Virus record (IMG/VR): IMGVR_UViG_3300032294_001542
Coordinates: 1-35,762 of that record
DNA from: a virus
Lineage: Duplodnaviria > Caudoviricetes
Length of the DNA: 35,762 bases
Reading direction: 5' to 3' (one strand)
Below the pieces are notes generated by a model. It made no database searches and was not told the DNA's origin. It saw only the letters and a list, made by a program, of their open reading frames with translations. Positions 16,106-23,814 of this stretch are shown one piece after another. Position numbers and translations under genes: made by a program. The stretch's first letter is position 1; each line of letters starts with the position of its first letter.

Positions 16106-17020
16106 ATGGCTATGCCGATGCGTTCAACCGATTTTCGTTCAATCGTTGAACCGATCCTGAACGAAGAGTTCAATGGTATCTACGACCAGCGTGCTGATGA
16201 GTGGTCTCAGGTCTTCAAGGAGTTCAAGGGCATCCCCCGGAACTACCATGAAGAGCCGGTCCTGTACGGCTTCGGGGCTGCCCCGGAACTGCCGGACGGC
16301 ATGCCGGTGACCTACCAGTCGGGCGGTGTGCTGTTCATCCAGCGCTACGTCTACAAGGTCTACGGTCTGGCTTTCGCCCTGACCAAGGTGCTGGTGGAAG
16401 ACGGCGATCACATCCGTATCGGTCAGACCTACGCGCGTCACCTCGCGCAGTCGCTGATCGAAACCAAGGAAACCCTTGGCGCCAACATCCTGAACCGCGC
16501 GTTCAACGCGTCGTATCCGGGTGGTGACGGTGTGTCGCTGGTCAACGCCAACCACCCGACCGCTGCTGGCACCTTCAGCAACCAGCTCAACGTGGCTGCG
16601 GCTCTGTCGCAGACCTCGCTGGAGCAGCTGCTGATCCAGATCCGCAACGCCGTGGACAACAACGGCAAGCGTATCCGCCTGACGCCGAAGAAGATCGTCG
16701 CCGGCCCGGCGAACGTCTTCCAAGCCGAGGTGCTGCTGAAGAGCGTGCTGCGCGCTGGCACGGCCGACAACGACATCAACCCCGTGAAGAGCATGGGGCT
16801 GCTGACGGACGGTCAGGCCAACCTGTCGCGTATCACCTCGAACACCGCTTGGTGGGTGCAGACCGACGCGCCGGAAGGCCTGAAGCTGGCCATGCGCCGT
16901 GGGCTCGAGAAGTCCATGGAAGGCGACTTCGAGACCGACTCGATGCGCTACAAGGCCACCGAGCGTTACGCGTTCGGCTGGACCGATCCGCGCGGAGTCT
17001 ACGGTACACCCGGAATTTAA
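16106..17020 (+). CDS. Major capsid protein (Mu gpT-like family)
   Basis: RBS AGGAGG; GFGAAP, GDGVSL, NDINP, EGDFET..RYKATERY.FGW.DPR motifs. Confidence 0.9.
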   Translation: MAMPMRSTDFRSIVEPILNEEFNGIYDQRADEWSQVFKEFKGIPRNYHEEPVLYGFGAAPELPDGMPVTYQSGGVLFIQRYVYKVYGLAFALTKVLVEDGDHIRIGQTYARHLAQSLIETKETLGANILNRAFNASYPGGDGVSLVNANHPTAAGTFSNQLNVAAALSQTSLEQLLIQIRNAVDNNGKRIRLTPKKIVAGPANVFQAEVLLKSVLRAGTADNDINPVKSMGLLTDGQANLSRITSNTAWWVQTDAPEGLKLAMRRGLEKSMEGDFETDSMRYKATERYAFGWTDPRGVYGTPGI

Positions 17021-17043
17021 CACTTTACGGGTGTCTGTCCAAA

Positions 17044-17071
17044 GTGGTAGGGTCTTCATCGGCCCTACCAC
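17044..17071 (+). other. Hairpin between MCP and endonuclease RBS
   Basis: GTGGTAGGG(TC)...(GG)CCCTACCAC; no U-tract. Confidence 0.55.
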
Positions 17072-17085
17072 CAAGGACGACAGAA

Positions 17086-17847
17086 ATGCCAACTAAATGC
17101 CACGTACATAACTGCACCAAGCCTTCCGTTTCCAAGGGGCTTTGCGATACACACCGCAAACGTGTAGCTCGCCACGGTTCAACCGAGCAGACGCGCCCCG
17201 CAGATTGGGGTGCCAAAGAAAAACACCCTAAATACGTCGCGTGGTGCAATCTGCGCCGCTATCACCGCGACGCGATACCGGAGACGTGGGCTGCAGACTT
17301 TTGGGTTTTCGTTGCGGAAACACCCGACAAACCCGAGGGTCGTGCGACCATCCAGCGTGCGGACACTGCGCGTCCGTGGTCTGCGGACAATTTCTACTGG
17401 AAAGAGCCCATCGTCTCGGAAGTAAAGCGCGTTGAGCACGCAGCCTACATGCGTGAGTACGCTCGCAAGCTGCGCGCCGTAAATCCCGATTACAGCAAAA
17501 ACGCGTTTTTGCGGCGCCGTTACGGCATCAGCATCGACCGCTACAACGAAATGCTCGCAGACCAAAACGGCTGCTGCGCCATCTGCGGCAAGGCCGAGGC
17601 CAACGAGATCCGGGGTAAAGTCGTCGCGCTTGCAGTCGACCACTGCCACGACACGGGCACCGTGCGGGCGCTTCTCTGCTCTGCCTGCAACACCGCTCTC
17701 GGCCTCTTCAACGACGACGTTGCCCTACTAGCCAAGGCGCAGGCCTATGTGGTATATCATAGGCAATCTGGGAAATCCCCAGCTCGCCAGACCGACCCAG
17801 CGGACGTTGCACAGACTGGCGAGCGACTTGTGCATAAGGACTCGTAA
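17086..17847 (+). CDS. Free-standing HNH/endonuclease VII-family homing endonuclease
   Basis: N-terminal Zn finger (C..HNC...GLCDTH); RRYGIS...Y..M...Q.G.CAIC, LAVDHCHDTG.VRALLC..CN.ALG; lower GC than MCP. Confidence 0.9.
   Translation: MPTKCHVHNCTKPSVSKGLCDTHRKRVARHGSTEQTRPADWGAKEKHPKYVAWCNLRRYHRDAIPETWAADFWVFVAETPDKPEGRATIQRADTARPWSADNFYWKEPIVSEVKRVEHAAYMREYARKLRAVNPDYSKNAFLRRRYGISIDRYNEMLADQNGCCAICGKAEANEIRGKVVALAVDHCHDTGTVRALLCSACNTALGLFNDDVALLAKAQAYVVYHRQSGKSPARQTDPADVAQTGERLVHKDS
17768..17834 (+). ncRNA. Pseudoknotted RNA element, candidate Mu-gpT-DE-like motif
   Basis: Three interleaved pairings: CTGGG 17768-72/CCCAG 17796-800; GCTCGCCAG 17782-90/CTGGCGAGC 17816-24; TGCACA 17808-13/TGTGCA 17829-34; downstream of a gpT-like capsid gene. 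Confidence 0.6.
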
Positions 17848-17849
17848 CC

Positions 17850-18254
17850 ATGGGTACGACCACTTTTTCCGGTCCAGTAGTCTCGCTGAACGGCTTCACC
17901 GGCAACATGACCGGCAACGTCACGGGCAACGTCACGGGTGACCTGACCGGCCGCGTCTTCGGCACCGTTGCCACCCGCGCTGGCGCTGGCGCTGTGCCGA
18001 TCACCGCCGGCACGGTTCAGATCACGACCACCGGCAGCGCTGCTGCGCTGACCCTCGCCAACGGCGCGGCTGGTCAGCTCCTGTCGCTTGTCATGACTGT
18101 TGACGGCGGTGGCGACGCCACGCTGACCCCGACCACCAAGACCGGCTTCTCGACCATCGTGTTCGGCGCAGTCGGCCACTCGGTCACGCTTCAGTACTTC
18201 ACCACGCTGGGCTGGATGGTTCTCGACAACTACGGCGCTACCGTTAACCCGTAA
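17850..18254 (+). CDS. Putative virion (head fibre/decoration) protein
   Basis: MGTTTFSGPV start; GNVT repeats; T/G/A-rich beta pattern. Confidence 0.7.
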   Translation: MGTTTFSGPVVSLNGFTGNMTGNVTGNVTGDLTGRVFGTVATRAGAGAVPITAGTVQITTTGSAAALTLANGAAGQLLSLVMTVDGGGDATLTPTTKTGFSTIVFGAVGHSVTLQYFTTLGWMVLDNYGATVNP

Positions 18255-18323
18255 TCGGTATGGGGGCAGGCTGGGCGAATGGAAGTGCGCCCGGTCTGCC
18301 TCCTGTTATAGGAGGACCCGCCC

Positions 18324-18986
18324 ATGCGCCCCATCCAGCAGACCATCGACATCGCTGCGGCGACGACGAACGGCATTGTCACCTCGACGAAGCCCGAGAA
18401 CGGTGTTGATCTTACGCTCAACGGCTCCCTCGTGTCGGGCGGCGTGGCCACGCCGACCTATCCGACGCAGGTCAGCTTCGCCAGCACCAGCAATCTCTCG
18501 ACCGTGACGTTCACCGTCTTCGGCACTGGCACCGACAACAACCCGCTGTCGGAAGAGATCGTCGGCCCGAACAACAACACGGTGACTGGCACGAAGACCT
18601 TCAAGACCGTCACCCGCATCGCCGTGGCGACTACGACGACGTTCACCACTGAGCGTGTCGTTGCCGGCACCGCGTCTGTGGGCATCGGCACCGGCCCGTG
18701 GTGGCCGCTGGACATCTACACGCCCAATCAGGTGACGACCATCTCGGCGAACATCCTCGCCAGCGGCAGCGCCACCTACAGCATCCAGTACACCAACGAG
18801 GACGTGTTCAACCTGCCGGCCGCTGACTGCCTCGCTGTGGCACACCCGGCTGCCGGTGGCGCGTTTACCAGCGCATCGACTGACCAGACGCACTTCACCA
18901 CGACCTTGATGCGCGCCGTGCGCGTCAACGTGGCGAGCGGCGCCGGGCAGCTGCGCGTAACCGTGGTTCAGCAGTCCACCGCCTAA
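18324..18986 (+). CDS. Putative virion structural protein
   Basis: RBS AGGAGG; Thr-rich beta-sandwich-like sequence. Confidence 0.7.
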   Translation: MRPIQQTIDIAAATTNGIVTSTKPENGVDLTLNGSLVSGGVATPTYPTQVSFASTSNLSTVTFTVFGTGTDNNPLSEEIVGPNNNTVTGTKTFKTVTRIAVATTTTFTTERVVAGTASVGIGTGPWWPLDIYTPNQVTTISANILASGSATYSIQYTNEDVFNLPAADCLAVAHPAAGGAFTSASTDQTHFTTTLMRAVRVNVASGAGQLRVTVVQQSTA

Positions 18987-18998
18987 GAGGGGCACCGC

Positions 18999-19616
18999 AT
19001 GGCCAACGTCAAGATTACCGACCTCACAGCGGCCACGACGCCCCTCGCGGGCACCGAGCTGTTCGAGACGGTGCAGGGCGGCTCGAGCAAGAAGGTGGCG
19101 GCGAGCGCGATTGGCAACAGCGCCAATGCGCTCCCGTACGCCTCGCTTGTCGGGCGCGCGTACATTCAGGCGTTCAGCAACACTGACCAGACGGGCAGCA
19201 TCTCGGCGGCAACGGCGATCAAGCTGGAGAACACGTCGTTTGGTGCGGGCATCAGCATTACGAACGATGGCGGCGGCAACCCGACGCGCATCACGTTCGC
19301 GGTGGCCGGCACGTACATGCTTGCGCCGAGCATTCAGTTCGTAAACTCCGCAGGCGCAGACCATACGGCAACTGTCTGGTTCCGCCTGAACGGCACCAAC
19401 ATTGCCAACTCTGCGACCATCACATCAATACCAAAGGCGTCTGAAGGCGGTGCGCAGTTTTTTCAGATCGTGATCTATGAGCAGGTGACGGCGGGTCAGT
19501 ACATTGAGATCATGTGGTTGCCATCCAACGCAGCGGTGACGATTGACTTCACGGCGGCGGGCGCGATTGCCCCGGCAATCCCGTCGATCCTCCTTGCTTC
19601 CGAGCGGATCGCCTGA
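18999..19616 (+). CDS. Putative fibre protein with KITDL N-terminus and C1q/TNF-like C-terminal domain
   Basis: MANVKITDL; RITFAVAGTY...SIQF, VWFRLNG, AGQYIEIMW pattern. Confidence 0.65.
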   Translation: MANVKITDLTAATTPLAGTELFETVQGGSSKKVAASAIGNSANALPYASLVGRAYIQAFSNTDQTGSISAATAIKLENTSFGAGISITNDGGGNPTRITFAVAGTYMLAPSIQFVNSAGADHTATVWFRLNGTNIANSATITSIPKASEGGAQFFQIVIYEQVTAGQYIEIMWLPSNAAVTIDFTAAGAIAPAIPSILLASERIA

Positions 19617-20467
19617 TGTCCGGCGGCTTTTCCTTCGACCTCGACGCAATGCGGGCGCGGGATGAGATCAACGACGCGCTGAGCGTCATGAAGACCGGCG
19701 CGCCGCCGATGCCACGGCTGCCGATGCCCCAGATGGGCATGCCGCAGCCGCAAATGCCGCCGATGCAACCGCAAATGGCTCAAATGCGGCCTCAAATGGC
19801 TCAGATGCAACCGCAAATGGCTCAAATGGGCGCGCAAATGGGCCAGATGCGCCCTCAAATGCCGCAAATGGGCGCTCCGTTGGGGCAAATGGGCGCTATG
19901 CGGCCGCTGATGGCGCCTCAAATGGGCCCTCCGTTGCGTTTTAAGCGCGGTGGACACGTCAGTGGCGACGATTTCGCCGTCAAGCGCGACGAATACGCCT
20001 CCGGGGGCGGTGCGTGGACGCGCAAAGAGGGCAAAAACCCTGAAGGCGGCCTAAATGCCAAGGGCCGCGCGTCTCTCAAGGCGCAGGGGCAAGACATCAA
20101 GCCGCCCGTGAGCGCAAAACAGGCTGCCAAGTCGCCCAAGTCGGCCGCGCGGCGCAAGAGCTTCTGCGCCCGGATGGGCGGCATGGAAGGCCCGATGAAG
20201 GACGAGAAGGGCCGCCCGACCCGCAAGGCGCTGGCGCTGCGCAAGTGGGACTGCAAGGCGCAGGGCGGCATGGTCGAGGGTTACGCCGAGGGCGGCGAGT
20301 CGCGCGTCAACGAGGCGGGCAACTACACCAAGCCGGGGATGCGCAAGTCGCTGTTCAACTCGATCAAGGCGGGCGGCAAGGGCGGCGCACCGGGGCAGTG
20401 GTCGGCGCGCAAGGCACAGATGCTGGCGCGTGAGTACAAGGCCAAGGGCGGTGGCTACCGTGATTAA
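19616..20467 (+). CDS. Multi-module basic protein: PQM low-complexity tract plus two conserved basic phage modules
   Basis: AWTRKEGKNPEGGLN...RRKSFCARM...ALRKWDC and NYTKP...GQWSARKAQML modules (recalled as DUF6321- and DUF5872-like; unverified). Confidence 0.75.
   Translation: MSGGFSFDLDAMRARDEINDALSVMKTGAPPMPRLPMPQMGMPQPQMPPMQPQMAQMRPQMAQMQPQMAQMGAQMGQMRPQMPQMGAPLGQMGAMRPLMAPQMGPPLRFKRGGHVSGDDFAVKRDEYASGGGAWTRKEGKNPEGGLNAKGRASLKAQGQDIKPPVSAKQAAKSPKSAARRKSFCARMGGMEGPMKDEKGRPTRKALALRKWDCKAQGGMVEGYAEGGESRVNEAGNYTKPGMRKSLFNSIKAGGKGGAPGQWSARKAQMLAREYKAKGGGYRD
19709..19933 (+). repeat. Imperfect 9-, 12- and 21-bp repeats encoding PQM/AQM
   Basis: Recurring (C/G)C(G/T)CAAATG units. Confidence 0.85.
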
Positions 20468-20717
20468 GAAGCCGCAGCAGAGCCTCAAGGCGTGGACGAA
20501 GCAGGACTGGCGCACCAAGTCCGGCAAGCCCTCGACGCAAGGCCCTGACGCGACTGGCGAGCGGTATCTGCCGGCCAAGGCGATCAAGTCGCTGTCGGTC
20601 AAGGAATACGCCGCGACCACCCGCGCAAAACGAAAGGCGACTGCCGCTGGCAAACAGTTCGCCAAGCAGCCCAAGAAGGTTGCGGAAAAGACCGCCAGTT
20701 TTCGTGTGAAGGGATAA
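20460..20717 (+). CDS. Small basic conserved phage protein
   Basis: QQSLKAWTKQDWRTKSGKPS...GERYLP motif; GTG at 20460 overlaps previous gene end. Confidence 0.75.
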   Translation: MIKKPQQSLKAWTKQDWRTKSGKPSTQGPDATGERYLPAKAIKSLSVKEYAATTRAKRKATAAGKQFAKQPKKVAEKTASFRVKG

Positions 20718-20721
20718 GGCA

Positions 20722-21270
20722 ATGGACGGCTTCAAAGACAGCACCAAGATGAAGTACATGGGCGGCGGCATGGTCGGCGGCTACGCCAAGGGCGGCATGG
20801 CCAAGGGCGAGGCCAAAATCGGCAAGGTCATGGGCGAGTTCAAGAAGGGCGAGCTGCACAGCGGCTCGAAGGAAGGCCCGAAGGTCAAGAGCCCGAAGCA
20901 GGCTATCGCCATTGCTATGAGCGAGGCGCGCAAGGCCGGCATGAAGGCCCCGATGAAGAAGGGCAGCGGCGGTGACGTGAAGATGCCGTCCCCCGCCGAG
21001 AGCGCAGCCAGTGGCAACCGCATGGCCGAAATGGAGGCCAAGGAAGAGCGCTTCATGGCGCGCCGCGCGCCGGGCATGGGCTCCAAGACTGAGCGCGAAA
21101 TGCGCGAGATGAAGAAGCGGGTGCCGGCCACGCGCCGCGAGCCGATGCTGCCGCCGGCCGGCGAGAGCGTGCGCAGCGGCAACCGCGTCTCGGCGCAGGA
21201 AGCCGCTGAGATGCGTGCCATGGGCCTGAAGAAGGGCGGCCTCGCCGCCATGCCGAAGAAGGGTTGCTGA
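20722..21270 (+). CDS. Basic Met/Lys/Gly-rich protein
   Basis: KVMGEFKKGELHSG...KQAIAIAMSEAR module (recalled as DUF6496-like; unverified); several xxGG motifs. Confidence 0.8.
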   Translation: MDGFKDSTKMKYMGGGMVGGYAKGGMAKGEAKIGKVMGEFKKGELHSGSKEGPKVKSPKQAIAIAMSEARKAGMKAPMKKGSGGDVKMPSPAESAASGNRMAEMEAKEERFMARRAPGMGSKTEREMREMKKRVPATRREPMLPPAGESVRSGNRVSAQEAAEMRAMGLKKGGLAAMPKKGC

Positions 21271-21271
21271 C

Positions 21272-22411
21272 ATGTCGAGCCCGCTGCCTCCCCTCCCGGG
21301 CGAAACCCCGGAACAGCGCCAAGCCCGGCTGAACGCAGCGTACGAGGTTCAGGCGCGCATCGATGCCGAGCGGCGCGCCGAGTTGGAGACGCGGGAACAG
21401 GCTCGGCGCAGAGAGATGCAGGCGCGGATAGAGCGCATGCTGGGCTCTGCTTACGCGTTGCCGCCGCTGCCGCAGCTGCCGACGCCGGAAGTGCCGATCA
21501 GGCCGGATAGACCGGTTATGCTGCCGGAGGTACCGGTGGGCGTTGGCGCGCCGGTTATGCCGCCGCTGCCGACGACGCGACCAGACTCCAATGCTATCCC
21601 GACGGCCATTCTCACTGCTGAAGGTTACAAGCCGAACCCCGCGTACACTGCGGACGTTGCAATGCAACGATACCGCACCGAGTTGCCCAACAGCAGGTAT
21701 TATACGCCGCAAGAAATTCAGCAAATTATGGGCCGCGTTGAAAGCGCATACGCCCAACCCGGCGTGACTGGCGCCCAGATCAGCGACGCGTACCGAAACG
21801 CTTCTATTGAGGTAACTTCGGCGAGGAACCGCCAACCTGTAGTTGATCCTGCTGCGTACGCGAACCAGCCGCCAGCGCCGGTTATTCCGCCGATGCCGGT
21901 TGGCGTTCGTGGCGCGGAGCCGCTGCCGCTGCCACCGCCGATCCCAACGCACTACGATCCGGAGCCTCCGTTGCCGACGCCGGTTATTCCGCCACGGCTT
22001 ACGCCGGTTATGCCGCCTGCGCCGGTGGTAGCGCCCCCGGAGCTGCGGCCGCCGGCCCCGACGCCCATGGAGACGCTAAGCTCCGCTTTTCGGAGCTCGC
22101 CGTTTTTTGCGCCGAGCAGCCCGGACGACAGCCAGCCAACGCAACCGTCGCTCGGTATGTCCAGCCTGCTGGCGCCCCAGCCGGCCCTGCCAGCTGCGTA
22201 TACGCCGCCGATGGAAGCGCCGGTCCCGTCGTTTAATCTGGGTGATCTCGGAGGCGTCCAAGACGCCTTCCAGAACCCGCCGAGCATGCGGCTCGGCGCC
22301 GGTATGCCGCGCATGGATTACACCCAGAACTTCTACGCCGTTAACCCCAACGAGGTGGCGATGTACAAGATGGGCGGCCTCGCCGTGAAGCCCAAGAAGG
22401 GCAAGTGCTGA
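21272..22411 (+). CDS. Proline-rich, probably disordered protein
   Basis: 379-aa ORF tightly packed after previous stop; ends MYKMGGLAVKPKKGKC. Confidence 0.7.
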   Translation: MSSPLPPLPGETPEQRQARLNAAYEVQARIDAERRAELETREQARRREMQARIERMLGSAYALPPLPQLPTPEVPIRPDRPVMLPEVPVGVGAPVMPPLPTTRPDSNAIPTAILTAEGYKPNPAYTADVAMQRYRTELPNSRYYTPQEIQQIMGRVESAYAQPGVTGAQISDAYRNASIEVTSARNRQPVVDPAAYANQPPAPVIPPMPVGVRGAEPLPLPPPIPTHYDPEPPLPTPVIPPRLTPVMPPAPVVAPPELRPPAPTPMETLSSAFRSSPFFAPSSPDDSQPTQPSLGMSSLLAPQPALPAAYTPPMEAPVPSFNLGDLGGVQDAFQNPPSMRLGAGMPRMDYTQNFYAVNPNEVAMYKMGGLAVKPKKGKC

Positions 22412-22428
22412 GACGGGGTGCGTCTGGC

Positions 22429-22457
22429 TTGTCGCCGGACGCCCCCTCCTGTATAGT
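22429..22457 (+). promoter_or_regulatory. Putative sigma70 promoter for connector/tail-fibre genes
   Basis: TTGTCG-17nt-TATAGT in an intergenic gap. Confidence 0.55.
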
Positions 22458-22520
22458 TGCCGCGCCAGAGATGCCTGCTCGTGCTAGTAGGCTGCTGATT
22501 GAAGCCAGCGAGCAAGGTTG

Positions 22521-23507
22521 ATGGCATACAGCAACACGGTATCGCAGACGGTGTTCGACACCCGGAAGGTCATGGAAAATGCCTTCCGGCGCTGCCGTGT
22601 GCGCCCGGAGCAGATCACGGCAGAGTACGTCAGCGTCGCCAACGACCAGCTGTACCTGCTGCTCTCGGATCTCGCCAACATGGGCGCGCCCCTGTGGTGC
22701 ATCGAGAAGCAGATCCTGCCGCTGTACGACGGCGTGGGCTACATCACGCTCGACGCCAAGGTCGTCGACATCCTCAACAGCAATTTGCGCCAGCTGCAGA
22801 CCGTCAGCGGCACGAACACCACCACGGCCAGCACGCACACGATTGCCTTCGGCGGCGACACGTTCGTCACCACGGTCGGCGTGCGCTGGACGGCGGTCGC
22901 CGTGCCCATCGCCCTTGAGCGTTCGGCTGACGGCATCGTCTGGACGACTATTCAAACCGAAACGCCGACCGCCACAGCCGGGGAGTGGACTTGGTACGAT
23001 CTCGAAAGCAGCGTTGCCACGCCGTATTTCCGCGTGCGGGCCACCAGCGGCAGCCTAAACTTCAGCGAGATCTACACCGGCAACACGCCGACCGAGATCC
23101 CGCTGGCGCGGCTGAACCGGGACGACTACACGAACCTACCCAACAAGAGCTTCCAGTCGAACCGGCCGCTGCAGTACTGGTACGACCGCTTGATCCCAAA
23201 TCCCGTGATGCGGCTCTGGCCCGTGCCGAACAGTGGCGCGACTACGTTTCAGGTCGTGCTGTGGGTGCAGCGCTACATCATGGACGTTGGGACGATGACC
23301 CAACAAGTTGAGGTGCCGCAGCGCTGGTACGAGGCGATTGTCGCCATGCTGGCGTCGAAGCTGGCGCTCGAGATTGCCGAAGTCGACCCGGGCATCATCC
23401 CGCTGCTCGACCAGAAGGCGAACACGGCGCTGTACACGGCGCAGGCCGAAGAGCGCGACAACAGCCCGATGATGATCGCGCCGAACATCGCGATGTACAC
23501 GAGGTAA
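22521..23507 (+). CDS. Putative head-tail connector/adaptor with inserted beta-sandwich domain
   Basis: AFRRC...N.G.PLW, RLNRDDY.NLPNK, RPLQYW, LWPVP, VPQRW motifs. Confidence 0.7.
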   Translation: MAYSNTVSQTVFDTRKVMENAFRRCRVRPEQITAEYVSVANDQLYLLLSDLANMGAPLWCIEKQILPLYDGVGYITLDAKVVDILNSNLRQLQTVSGTNTTTASTHTIAFGGDTFVTTVGVRWTAVAVPIALERSADGIVWTTIQTETPTATAGEWTWYDLESSVATPYFRVRATSGSLNFSEIYTGNTPTEIPLARLNRDDYTNLPNKSFQSNRPLQYWYDRLIPNPVMRLWPVPNSGATTFQVVLWVQRYIMDVGTMTQQVEVPQRWYEAIVAMLASKLALEIAEVDPGIIPLLDQKANTALYTAQAEERDNSPMMIAPNIAMYTR

Positions 23508-23511
23508 CGCG

Positions 23512-23814
23512 ATGCCGCTGTATCTCGACACTCGCGGCCGCACCACGCTGGCGATTGGCATCTGCGGGCGCTGCAGCCGCAAGTTCAGCATGGACGAACT
23601 GCTGCCCGACCCTAACTACCCCGGGCTGCTCGTCTGCGACGTGGATCGCGACGAGTACGATCCATATCGCCTGCCTGCTCGCCAGCCCGAGAACATTGCC
23701 CTGCGCTTTGCGCGCCCTGACACGCCCATCGCCACGAACCCGGCCGGGACGATTGCCGAGAACGGCGATCAGTTCCTGATCAACGAGGGCAGCGATGAGT
23801 ATCTGGAGCCGTAA
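23512..23814 (+). CDS. Small Cys-containing virion-associated protein
   Basis: ICGRCSRKF...GLLVC...D..DP...ARPD; acidic repeat tail. Confidence 0.75.
   Translation: MPLYLDTRGRTTLAIGICGRCSRKFSMDELLPDPNYPGLLVCDVDRDEYDPYRLPARQPENIALRFARPDTPIATNPAGTIAENGDQFLINEGSDEYLEP

Noticed and set aside
16106-17847. Group I intron splitting the capsid gene (also considered for the GIY-YIG gene)
   Set aside because: MCP and adaptor end with complete-looking C-termini and stops; flanks are too short for an intron core
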